Of a DNA stretch of 64,000 bases, positions 14,439-23,952 are shown one piece after another (within the stretch, counting starts at the first letter, position 1; each line of letters begins with the position of its first letter). Both the position numbers and the translations under genes were made by a program. Origin of the DNA: Sphaerodactylus townsendi (lineage: Eukaryota); contig NC_059426.1 of assembly GCF_021028975.2 (NCBI RefSeq), forward strand, positions 155,434,001-155,498,000, in the 5' to 3' direction. Below the pieces are notes generated by a model. It was given only the letters and a program-made list of their open reading frames with translations. It was not told the DNA's origin and made no database searches.

Positions 14439-14589
14439 GGCCCCTTCCACACATGCAGCATAATGCACTTTCAATCCACTTTCAATGCACTTTGCAGCTG
14501 GATTTTACTGTGCGAAATAGCAAAATCTACTTGCAAACAATTGTAAAAGTGGATTGAAAGTGCATTAGTCTACATGTGCAGAAGGGGCC
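14439..14589. mobile_element. Harbinger-like MITE B (151 bp)
   Basis: Long imperfect TIRs GGCCCCTTCC.CACATGCAG.ATAATGCACTTTCAATCCAC; TSD AAT. Confidence 0.85.
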
Positions 14590-14914
14590 AATATTGTGCA
14601 AAACTGTGGGGGAAAGTGTGTTCAGAAACTTCCACTTTCCATACGACCCTCCGAGTACTTTTTTAAAAAGTAGCAACTGCGCTGTTCCATTGACACGGGG
14701 TTGTCACAGTAAACATGTCCCATAACGGATGCAAAAAAAGATGCTTTTTAAAACTTTGTTTAGGAGTTTTGTCTTCTCACATCAAATATCCTTCTACATT
14801 CTCACAGCAGGCTCCCAGAATTGTTGATCTTGATGGCAGGGCAACTAGAATTAATCTGGAGCCTTCTGGGTTGTATCAGCCATTTGGGGCTAAGATCCTA
14901 AACTTACTTTCCCT

Positions 14915-15065
14915 GGCCCCTTCCACGCATGGAGAATAATGCACTTTCAATCCAGTTTCACAATTGTTTGCAAGTGGATTTGGCTATTCCGCACAGTAAA
15001 ATCCAGCTGCAACGTGCATTGAAAGTGGATTGAAAGTGCCTTATTCTGCATGTGTGAAAGGGGCT
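14915..15065. mobile_element. Harbinger-like MITE B (151 bp)
   Basis: TSD CCT; opposite orientation to the 14439 copy. Confidence 0.85.
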
Positions 15066-15646
15066 CCTTGGAAGTAACTTCCACGTCACTCAGTAAGATT
15101 TGCCGCTGAGTAAGGAAACTGACTTTGGAAAGTCAGAGACCTCCCAGCCATTAGCAAACGCCAAGTCCAAGAGAAGAACCCCATAGGGGCTTTGCCTGCA
15201 GACGGATGGCCACTAACATGGCGCAGCTGTGCTAGTGAGGTTGCAGACCTGGGAACAAACTCCATGCAAAACAATGAGACTGACTTAAGAGTGTGCATGC
15301 TTAGACTCCCACAACTGCAAACAACTGATTTTTTTTAAAGTCCCTTTTCTCTGGCCCTCTGCAAAGCCTACGCTTCCTGGTGTGAGGCTCAAGGTTAATA
15401 AGCAATGACAATTGCAGAATTAAAATCCCCATTTCTGCAGCCTTCCCCCTCCCCCCCTTCTTTGTACTGAACCGGCCAGAGGCTGCGCAGGCCCCTCCTC
15501 GCCAAGCCTAGACTAAACAAAGGCGTGTTTGGCCCCGGTCTGCCGCGTTTGTGTTGTCTCCTTGGGATCTGGCGCTCAGGGACACCCAAACAAAACACAA
15601 CCCGGGCCAGCGTCCACCTGTGCAACACCTCCGCAAAAGCCACGCT

Positions 15647-15652
15647 TTTATT
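15647..15652 (-). terminator. Candidate GSC polyadenylation signal AATAAA
   Basis: TTTATT on + strand about 180 nt past the stop; GT-rich sequence follows on the minus strand (GGTGTTG..., GGGTTGTGTTTTGTTTGG). Confidence 0.7.
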
Positions 15653-15832
15653 TCAGCGGGATCTCCCTCCTCGGGTCGAGCGCACTATATACAAACGAGA
15701 GACCGTCCCCCTTCCCCGCCGCCGCCGCCGCCTCCTCCTCCTGCAAACGCAGAGTCTGTGCAAGAATCGCGACCATCTTCCCCGGGCAAGTCGCAGCAGA
15801 CAAGACAGTCCGTCCCGCGGCCGCCGTCCGCA

Positions 15833-15985
15833 TCAGCTGTCCGAGTCCACGTCGCTTTTGTGGTCTTCTTGCCTCTTCTCCGGAGAGGTTTTGGACGCTT
15901 TAGTCCACTTCTGGGCGTTTTCGGACTCCTCCGACGAAGACCGCTTTTGCCGCCTCCATTTGGCCCGGCGGTTCTTGAACCAAAC
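15833..15985 (-). CDS. GSC: GSC coding exon 3 (recognition helix and C-terminus)
   Basis: Acceptor GACAG|GTT at 15986/15985; hand translation [50 protein letters not shown] then TGA at 15835-15833 (this frame is not in the ORF track). Confidence 0.97.
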   Translation of the reverse strand, partial: VWFKNRRAKWRRQKRSSSEESENAQKWTKASKTSPEKRQEDHKSDVDSDS

Positions 15986-18900
15986 CTGTCACCCAAATGA
16001 ATTGGAGATTATCAGTTGCAATGGTTGCAATGGAGCGTGCGATAGTCAATAAGCGGCCCGCGTCAGCTTAGGAGTCCCCGCCATCCAGTGGTCTCAAGAG
16101 CAGCGCGCTTCCAAAGACCGGGTTTGCACGCTCAGCTTCAAAGCCCGGGACCCTGAACACGTGAAATCTATGCACGCAGACTTGAATGGGCCACCCCTTA
16201 CACGTGCGCTGAGAAGGCGTCTGGATCCTGAACACGGAGCTTGCGGCTAAGAGCGCCGTCCTCCTGCTTGCCGCTAGCATGCGCAGAATTTAGGATCGGG
16301 TACCCACACCACCGTCCTGCGCACAAAGGGAATTCTGTACTTCCAAGTTAAGGGGGATCTGGGGCCCTATACTTGGAGCGCTGCTAGTGGGATTTGCAGT
16401 TATTTCCGCTCCAGGTGGGAAGAATGTGTGTCACATTGGGTAGCCATGCAATGGACCTGACGAAGGCCCCTTCCGCACATGCAGAATAATGCACGTTCAA
16501 TCCACTTCCAATGCACTTTGCAGCAGTGTGGAATAGCAAAATCCACAAACAATTGTGAAAGCGGATTGAAAGCACATTATTCTGCATGTGCCGAAGGGGC
16601 CAAAAACTGCAAGATCTGCGTGAAATGATGAAAATCGCTTGATCTGAATGCTACCACTACGACTTTTAGAGCCAACTCTAAGCCATGAGTCCTGCAAAGT
16701 ACAGAAGTAATAGCGGTTTTTTAAAAGAGAACTTAACAACACAGTCTTAAGGAGAATTACATGCAGATTGAAATGAAGGGGTTAGACGATAGCAGTTCTC
16801 TTTAGGATGGCACTGTTAGTCTGCAGAAGTTTTCCAGGAATCAGTAATATCACCTGCCTCATCCTAAACCTCTTGCGCAGCATCCTAAATTGACCAGGTG
16901 CTTCAAAACCACAGTAAAAACCCAGCTCATCCTAAATCTCTTGCGCTGCATCCTAAATTGAGCAGGTCCTCTAAAAAACAGAAGGGTGGAGCTGTCCAGC
17001 TCTGCCTGTCTTGCCTAGCAGAGGTGCCTACTAGGAATATACAGGCTGTAGTCACAACAGGGATCTTTTGGCTTTCTCTCCAGTTGCAGACGAAACTGCT
17101 TCCATTAAATGCTTCCATTAAATGCAAGGATCGCCGACTGCGGTTCCGCGCAGTGCCAACCACGCTGCGTAAATGGTGAGCAGCCACTGTAGCCATGGGC
17201 TGGGTCGCCTCAGTCCCAGCGGACTTCACAGCGAATTTGCCTTCGCATGCACACTCCACTTCAAACCCCAGCTATTCTGTCTACAGGAAGTTCCGACACT
17301 CTTCGAGAAATCAAATGCGTCTTTACGGGAAAATTTAGCTGCAGTTCGCCGGACCAACCAACATCCCACTGAACTCCTGAGACTCACTTCCAGGTGAATT
17401 GACACTGGGCAGAATTAAATAAGTCCTGAACAGTTTGCACCCAAGCAAACTCCGATTCTACTGGGGATCCACAGGATCAGAGCTGCAATCCACAAACAAG
17501 CTACCCGGGCACCTCCAGTAGAAACCATTTAACACTACTGACCAATGCGCAGTAGCAGCCGCTCTTGAGGGACACTTTCATTTAAATCTGTTTTGTGGAA
17601 CCTGGGAGGGCTGAATTGAAAGGTTGTCATTACTAAAGATAATAACCTGTAGCGGCTACAGGTGCTGCTGCCGCCGCTATTACCACCGGTGTAACTTCTT
17701 GCGCCAAGGAAACGCGGGGCGCTGCGCGTTAAAACTCAACTTTGTTGGAAGGCAAACCGTCCTTCCTACACCAAAGCCCAAACACATGCAGAATAATGCA
17801 CTTTCCACTTTCACAATTGATTGCAAGTGCATTTTGCTATTCCGCACAGTAAAATTGAGCTGCAAAGTGCATTGAAAGTGGACCGAAAGTGCATGGTTCT
17901 GCACGTGCGGAAGGGGCCAAAGTTGTTGCACAGTCCCCATGCCCCCAGTGCCTTGCGCTCATAATCCACGATCCTTTCCACCCTTCAGCCCAAAAGAAGC
18001 GAGCCCCTTACCTCCACTTTCTCCTCCCGCAAATGCACCCTCCTCGCCAGCTGTTCCCTTGTCCCCACATCTGGGTATTTGGTTTCCTGGAAGAGGTTCT
18101 CCAGAGCCTCCAGTTGCTCGTCCGTGAAGATGGTCCGGTGTCTCCGTTTCCTCCGGCAGTGGAGCTGATTCAGCAGCTGCAGTTCCGTCCGGGACAAGGT
18201 GCCCACGTTCATGTAGGGCAACATCTGGTGGGGCACGGGAGACATGAGGACAGAGCCGGTACCTTCATAGCCTAGTGAGACAGGAGGCAAACGCAGATGG
18301 CCCGGGTTTTGCATGGGGTTCACGATGCAGGAACGATGATCCCGCCACAAAAAACCCAAAATCTGTGAACACACCTGCCAGCTACAGCAAAGGAGGAGGC
18401 GAAGTTGACACAATTACCGTGTTTCCCCAAAAATAAGACAGTGTCTTATATTATTTTTTGCTCGCCAAGATGCGCTATGTCTTCTTTTTAGGGGATGTCT
18501 TATTTTTCTGTGTTCTGTTCGTCGGGCATGCTTCCCAACAAAAACTTTGCTACGTCTTACTTTCGGGGGATGCCTGATATTTTGCACTTCAGAAAAAACT
18601 CTACCACGTCTTATTTTCAGGAAATGTCTTATATTCGGGGAAACAGGTTGACAACTTTGGAATTTTGGAGTTGGGATCGGGGTCCCCTCCACCAGACGCC
18701 GGTGGGATTGAGAACACGCCAGTGAAGTATGCAGGTTGTGGGGATGCACTGTGATGCGAGAGCGGCTCTCTTAGCCCCTTCCGCACATGCAGAATAATGC
18801 ACTTTCAATCCACTTCCAATCCACTTTGAAACTGGATTTTACTGTGTGGAATAGCAAAATCCACTTTCAAACAATTATGAAAGTGAATTGGAAGTGCATT

Positions 18901-21025
18901 ATTCTGCATGTGCAGAAGGGGCCTTTATCCAGTAGCCTCGGAGTAATTTCAGTTTCTCTTCCCCCCCCCCCTCCCACAACATCTCAGTTAGTTTAATTAA
19001 GCTTTACTTGTAGTTGAGCACAACTGTATCATCCTGAAAGGTTAATCTAATTGATAAAATGGAGGATATTTACAGGTTAAGGCGCTAAAAGGCTTAACCT
19101 CTAAAACTATAATCTGGAAAACAGCTTCGAAAACGTTTTTAAAAAGGTCCGATCCGCAGCAGTGTTGACCTAAATTGCAGAGACGCGTAGTGTATAGGTC
19201 TGAAACTACTGGAATGAACTAAAAACATGGATTAAACTGCAACTCCGAGAAACATACACTTGGAAGAAACGTGGAATTCGATTTTGTTTTCTTCTAGGGC
19301 CTCCTTGTCTTCCACGGGGCCGGTGGCTCGGCCCTAACGCATCTACACGTAAACAAACCCTGCAGGCTTTAAGTGGCATCAAGGAGCTTTAGGATCAGAA
19401 AGATCCGGTGCAGTTTAAATCGGCTTCATCTCTGATGTTTAACTGGGTTAAATTTGTAATCAGTTTGCAAATCTAGACTAGCCAACTGCCACTTTTTTGC
19501 GCCTTATTTGGGACGGGTGGGAATTTTACACCTGGATTTTAAATCCGGAAAGCGTGTTTTTGCTTGAGTCAGGAAGTTTTTGTAGGAATCCAAAATAAAG
19601 TACTGTATAATTGAATGCTCAGACTAAACTGGGAGAAGACGCACAAACTCAGAAATCTCCATAGGCTGGCTTTTAAAATACTTCTGCATCTGAATGCTAA
19701 GCCTCCTTACTCTTTGCTTACTCAGAAGTAAGTCCCACTGATTATAACGGGTAGGTGCCTTTGGAACGACCGTTTGACTTGTAAATCAACCTAGTTATTC
19801 TCACTAAACTCAGGCGCGCAAACAATTTTACGCATGGTCCCAGACAATTTAGACGGGGCAACCGCGTGTGGGAAGCATTCGAGCAAACGCGTGACTGAGT
19901 AAAATCTCCCTGCTTTGCTAAGGAGGCCCCTTCCGCACATGTGGAATAATGCACTTTCAATCCACTTTCAATGCACTTTGCAGCTAGATTTTACTGTGCA
20001 GAACAGCAAAATCTACTTGCAAACAATTGTGAAAGTGGATTAAAAGTGGATTATTCTGCATGTGTGGAAGGGGCCACGCCACGGTGTCAAAAGGCTCTGC
20101 TTTTATGGATGACAAGGGGAAGTTGAGAGAACGCAGGCTCCGAAATCCATACCCACCACCGAGTCCTCTGCACATTAACTTGGGCTGTAAATCATAGGGG
20201 AGGTTCACTTCTAGCTGATGGGATGGGATCCCACGCCAGCGGGCCAGCTCGCCATTCGCAGTTATCTTCCCCCCTCCTCCGTCACTTGGGTAGGGGGGTT
20301 AAGGGCCACGATTGGGGCTCTTCGGAAGGGCTTGAGGTTCCTTGAGGGGCGAACAAAGCCGTGCGCTTGAGATCTCGCCACTGTTCAAGGCAGGATCGAC
20401 CTTCCTCCGCGCTGGTGCTGAGCCCCCGCAATCTCTCCCTGCACGGATGCTCCGTTGGTCACTCTGGTGCAGGGGTGTCCACCTCTGGTCCTCCAGATGT
20501 TCATGGACTGGCAGGGGCTGATGGGAAGCGTAGTCCGTGGACCAGAGTTGGATACCCCTGCCGGGAGTTCAGGGCGGGGGAGACGAGGAGTCACCCGGAT
20601 GCCACCCTGGATCCCACCTCCCCAAATAGTCCCCCTCCCAATAGCAACGTCGGTCGCCGTCGCCGAGACTCACCTGTGGTGGGGACGCAGGAGCACTGCT
20701 GAGCGCCTAGGGGAGGCACGGCGCTGCAGCAAGAGGGGCCGACGGCGGACGCCTGGACCTGCAGCTGCCCGTAGTAGTAGTTGCCGTAGCCTCCCAGCCT
20801 GGAGCCGCCGAGCGCGGGCAGGCCGGACGCCGGAGCCACCGCCCGCGAGTAGTATCCGCCGTAGTCGGCGCCGGCCGAGGCGTAAAGCGAGTCCCCCCCG
20901 TGGAGGCTGGCCGAGAAGACGACGGGCGCGGTGCTGGGGGGCTGCAGCACCGCCGAGGAGGGGGCCTCCTTGCAGCGCGGGCGGGCCGCCAGGATACTGT
21001 CGATGCTGAACATGCCGGCAGGCAT
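15833..21025 (-). CDS. GSC: Homeobox protein goosecoid, spliced CDS join(21025-20674,18271-18012,15985-15833), 765 nt, 254 aa
   Basis: Three exons with canonical GT-AG junctions join in frame (352+260+153 nt). N-terminus [12 protein letters not shown] (eh1), homeodomain [58 protein letters not shown] (K50), C-terminus KSDVDSDS*, all typical of Gsc rather than Gsc2. Confidence 0.98.
16465..16601. mobile_element. Harbinger-like MITE B in GSC intron 2
   Basis: Same TIRs, small internal deletions; flanks GAA/AAA. Confidence 0.85.
17776..17918. mobile_element. Harbinger-like MITE B in GSC intron 2, 93 nt from the exon 2 donor
   Basis: Left end degenerate, right end GTGCGGAAGGGGCC; core reversed relative to the 18773 copy. 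Confidence 0.8.
18012..18271 (-). CDS. GSC: GSC coding exon 2 (homeodomain up to the start of helix 3)
   Basis: Acceptor CTCACTAG|GC at 18272/18271; [49 protein letters not shown]...REEKVE; donor GAG|GTAAGG at 18012/18011. Confidence 0.98.
18417..18647. mobile_element. Tc1/mariner-like (Tc2-type) MITE in GSC intron 1
   Basis: TA|CCGTGTTTCCCCAAAAATAAGAC ... GTCTTATATTCGGGGAAACAGG; repeated GTCTTATTTT motifs. Confidence 0.75.
18773..18923. mobile_element. Harbinger-like MITE B in GSC intron 1
   Basis: 151 bp, TIRs nearly intact. Confidence 0.85.
19925..20075. mobile_element. Harbinger-like MITE B in GSC intron 1
   Basis: 151 bp, TIRs nearly intact; no clean TSD. Confidence 0.85.
20470..20560. 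mobile_element. Deleted hAT MITE in GSC intron 1, related to 50295
   Basis: CAGGGGTGTCC...GGATACCCCTG; shares CTCCAGATGTTCA and AGGGGCTGATGGGAA with the 50295 copy. Confidence 0.7.
20674..21025 (-). CDS. GSC: GSC coding exon 1 (eh1/Groucho-binding motif, GY-rich region)
   Basis: ATG at 21025 inside ORF 20591..21199; [19 protein letters not shown]...QQCSCVPTT; donor CAG|GTGAGT at 20674/20673, phase 1. Confidence 0.97.
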
Positions 21026-21315
21026 CCCCCACCGGACGGAGGCGCCGCCGAGCAGGAGCAGGAATCGCGGGCGCGGGCAGGCAGCGCCCAGCCAAGCGGA
21101 CCGCGCTGCGCCCCGCCGGCCAGCCTCGCTGCGCCGGACTCGGGGGCGAAAGGGACCCGCCAAAGTCCTTCCCCAAACTTTACCCCCCCCCCCCCGCAAA
21201 CCCTTCCTGGGACTCTGGCCTCCGAGCCCCCGCCCTTCCCTCGCCTACTCTCGCCCGGCTCCTCCTCGGATCGCCACTGCGCCGAGTCTATAATCCATCC
21301 CAAACCTCTTTCCGT

Positions 21316-21362
21316 TTTTATACCCGGGCGACGTCATCCCGGAACGAGTTGCTGGTTATATA
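21316..21362 (-). promoter_or_regulatory. GSC core promoter: two TATA candidates (TATATAA 21362-21356; TATAAAA 21322-21316) with a near-CRE TGACGTCG between them
   Basis: Motifs read directly, about 300 bp upstream of the ATG and downstream of the proximal element. Confidence 0.65.
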
Positions 21363-21503
21363 TCAGATCGCAAATAAAACCAGATTTCACTCTCCTTTTT
21401 TTTTTGAAGGGGGGTTTGAGAGGAGATGAGGGGGCGGGGCAGGAGGAGCAGAAGGGGGTGGGGCTGCAGGGGATGGGATGGAAGGGGGGGGGGCGGACCG
21501 GTT

Positions 21504-21550
21504 TCTGTGTATTGAGAATTAACCAAATTAAGGTAATCCTCTCCATTAGC
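21504..21550 (-). promoter_or_regulatory. GSC proximal element (PE): homeodomain sites plus FoxH1 site
   Basis: Minus strand CTAATGGAGAGGATTACCTTAATTTGGTTAATTCTCAATACACA resembles the Xenopus/mouse gsc PE as I recall it; FoxH1 consensus AATACACA 21513-21506; K50-type TAATCC 21534-21539. Confidence 0.8.
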
Positions 21551-21631
21551 GGCAATTCTCTCGCCCTCGGATGCGTCCCCCTCGACGTGCCCCCCCCCCC
21601 CGCCGTAATCTCTCCCTGCTCGCTGCTTTTG

Positions 21632-21662
21632 CTAATTGTTTCCCGGGTTAATCCGGTTAATA
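21632..21662 (-). promoter_or_regulatory. GSC distal element (DE, Nodal/activin-responsive, paired-homeodomain site)
   Basis: Minus strand TATTAACCGGATTAACCCGGGAAACAATTAG resembles the Xenopus DE (TAATCAGATTAAC...CAATTAG, recalled) and lies upstream of the PE as expected. Confidence 0.72.
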
Positions 21663-23619
21663 ACATTGCGGGGAACCGGCTTAACGCCCCCGGACTTTGT
21701 CTCCGCTGATTGGGTGCCATTTCCTCTGCCCCCTGCTAACATCGCTCCCCCCCTCCGGATCCCTCCAGCACGCACCGATGTAGGAGGAATAATCCGCGGG
21801 CTTTACCTGCCGAGTAAATGAGTTGAGAGTTTAGGATCAAGGTGTTAGATTCCTGATTCCTGATAGGAATTAGGCGAAGAGGACTTTAGATGTGGATTTT
21901 AAATCCGAGATGCTTACAGCAGAGCCCTCCGCGTGTTTGTGGGGGTGGGGGTGGGGGTGGGGGTGGGGGGCGAAGTCTACCTCTCACCCACCTGGTTAAT
22001 TACTGCGCTGTGTATTGCTGCGTCCGAGCGTGTCTGTGTGTAATTTACACGCATCGATACTTAAGTGTGTGAGTGTTTCGAATCTGATTCCTGATACTTT
22101 ACCAGAGTTGCCTTTCAGCGAACCCGGAGTTCCCAACACATTTATTGGGGGAAACGTCCCGTGGATTTTCGGTGGAACTTTCTTGTCAAGCAAAAAGCCT
22201 AGAGAACCCAATTTGCACTTCGGATCTATTGACCTCCAGAAGAGATGTACTGCTTCACAGTTCGGTTTCACTATTTCTAAACTGAAATAAACTTTTAACA
22301 AAAATCACAAAATTGCTGATCTTTAGGGTTCCTCTCAGTGGGGAATACATTCCAGTTAACTCTCAAACTCTTTCTTTTTGGAAATTAGAAACCCACAACA
22401 ATCCGGTCCCGATCCGGCTAAAGCTGATTTTGAAAAAAAAAAAAGGTGCACTTTTAAGAAAGCTTTCCTAGGAGTAAATCTCGCGGAATAATCCCGAGAA
22501 AGGTTCTGAACAGGATGACTCTGTTGAGCCCCAATGATTGCGACTGGGCGGGTTTAAACCTGTGGTTTAAGGCACTATGAAACCAGCCTTCCGCTTAACT
22601 TGTTTTGCGGACTACTGCGCACGGTCTTTCGGACAGCATTTCGGATCGAGTCATCCTATAACAGGTCGCCCGCTCTGAATTAATTCCCATGCTATCCAGT
22701 AAGGGATTCCTCGTAAGAAAGGGTCGTTTAGGACGGCAGCCCTCTTAACTTCGACGCAGGCGGGAAGAAACAATCGGACAAGATTTTAAAGCGGATTAAA
22801 AACCCACGGAAGGCGGGCGGGGAGTAAGAGCTGCGAGTTTGCACCCTGAAAACGCACCTCTTGGGGCGTCTGCTCCGAACTTTGGTTTCTGAAGAAGGAA
22901 AACTTTGGAAGAAATTAAATTCGTTTTCCTGTTCAGATTTGCGAGCCGGGGCTCTCCCCCCTCGTATAGCTGAACATTTTGCAAGCTTGCGGGGAGGCGA
23001 AGTTTCTTAAAACATTTCTGTTTATTAAGACCGGCGTCTCTCCTGGTAGCCGCGCCTGGTGATTTGCAGCAGCCTCCGTCCGTCACGACCGTCTCTCGGA
23101 ATCCGCAGGAGGTGAAGTGAATCAGATTAGAATATTTATCCCATCAGTTTTCCCTCAAATAAGGCCGGAAATTGTAGGCAAGCGAAGAAAATAAGCTATT
23201 AGGAGGCGATTGAGGAGGCACCTCGTTATATTGTCTTTTCTTTCTGAGGCCTGCAAAAAAAAAATGTATATTTTAGCGCAGGTAGCTTTCTCTGCTCCAC
23301 ATACACACACAGATCCGGACTGATCTCAAAACGCAATACCAGAAGAAAACCTAATAGCCATTCATCCCCCCCCCCTGCCCCCCCATCCTAGTTTACATTT
23401 CAGTGGAAGGCCGAAACCACTTTTGCTTCAAAACGGCCGGAGAAAGCAATCTCCGTGGACTTTCATTGGGAGAAAGGGCAGAGGTGTCTTAATTGTAAGC
23501 TCCTCGCGAGCAAGGACCTTCTCTTTAGGAGCAGGCAACTGAAAAGAAAACAGTCAAATTATTCAAGACAACGGAACGGGTTTTAAACACTGAGATGAAT
23601 TGTAGATGTGTTTCCGCAC

Positions 23620-23783
23620 TCCTACATTCCTGCTGGGTGACCTTGGGCTAGTCACAGTTCTTCGGCGCTCTCTCAGCCCCACCTACCTCCCATGGTGTCT
23701 ATTGTGGGGAGAAGGAAGGAAAGGAGCTTGCAAGTTTCCTTACAAGAGAGAAAGGTGGGATATAAATCCAAACTCTTCTTCTC
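23620..23783 (+). mobile_element. Same SINE family, 3' half (another 3' fragment near 1515-1622)
   Basis: GCTGGGTGACCTTGGGCTAGTCACAG...GATATAAATCCAAACTCTTCTT. Confidence 0.8.
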
Positions 23784-23811
23784 TTAATAGAGAGCAGTAT
23801 CTGGTGTTTGT

Positions 23812-23952
23812 GGCTCCTTTCGCACATGCAGAATAACGGAGTTTCAATCCACTTTCATAATTGTTTGCAAGCGGATTTGGCTATTCTGCACAGCTGCAAA
23901 GTGCATTGAAAGTGAATTGAAGGTGCATTGTTTTGCATGTGTGAAAGGGACC
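23812..23952. mobile_element. Harbinger-like MITE B upstream of GSC
   Basis: Diverged TIRs; TSD TGT. Confidence 0.8.

Larger units (their letters stand above)
20200..21800. other. CpG island over GSC exon 1 and promoter
   Basis: Very high GC and CpG density by eye; CpG-rich sequence also covers about 15450-16400 and 22400-26400. Confidence 0.85.

Noticed and set aside
15525-16052. Plus-strand ORFs and minus ORF 15685..15996 over exon 3
   Set aside because: Antisense or off-frame readings; the true frame is [12 protein letters not shown].
20361-21720. Long overlapping ORFs (up to 269 aa) around GSC exon 1, and the 58-aa N-terminal extension of ORF 20591..21199
   Set aside because: Stop-poor shadows of GC-rich DNA with mostly non-ATG starts and no domain; the conserved Gsc start is at 21025.
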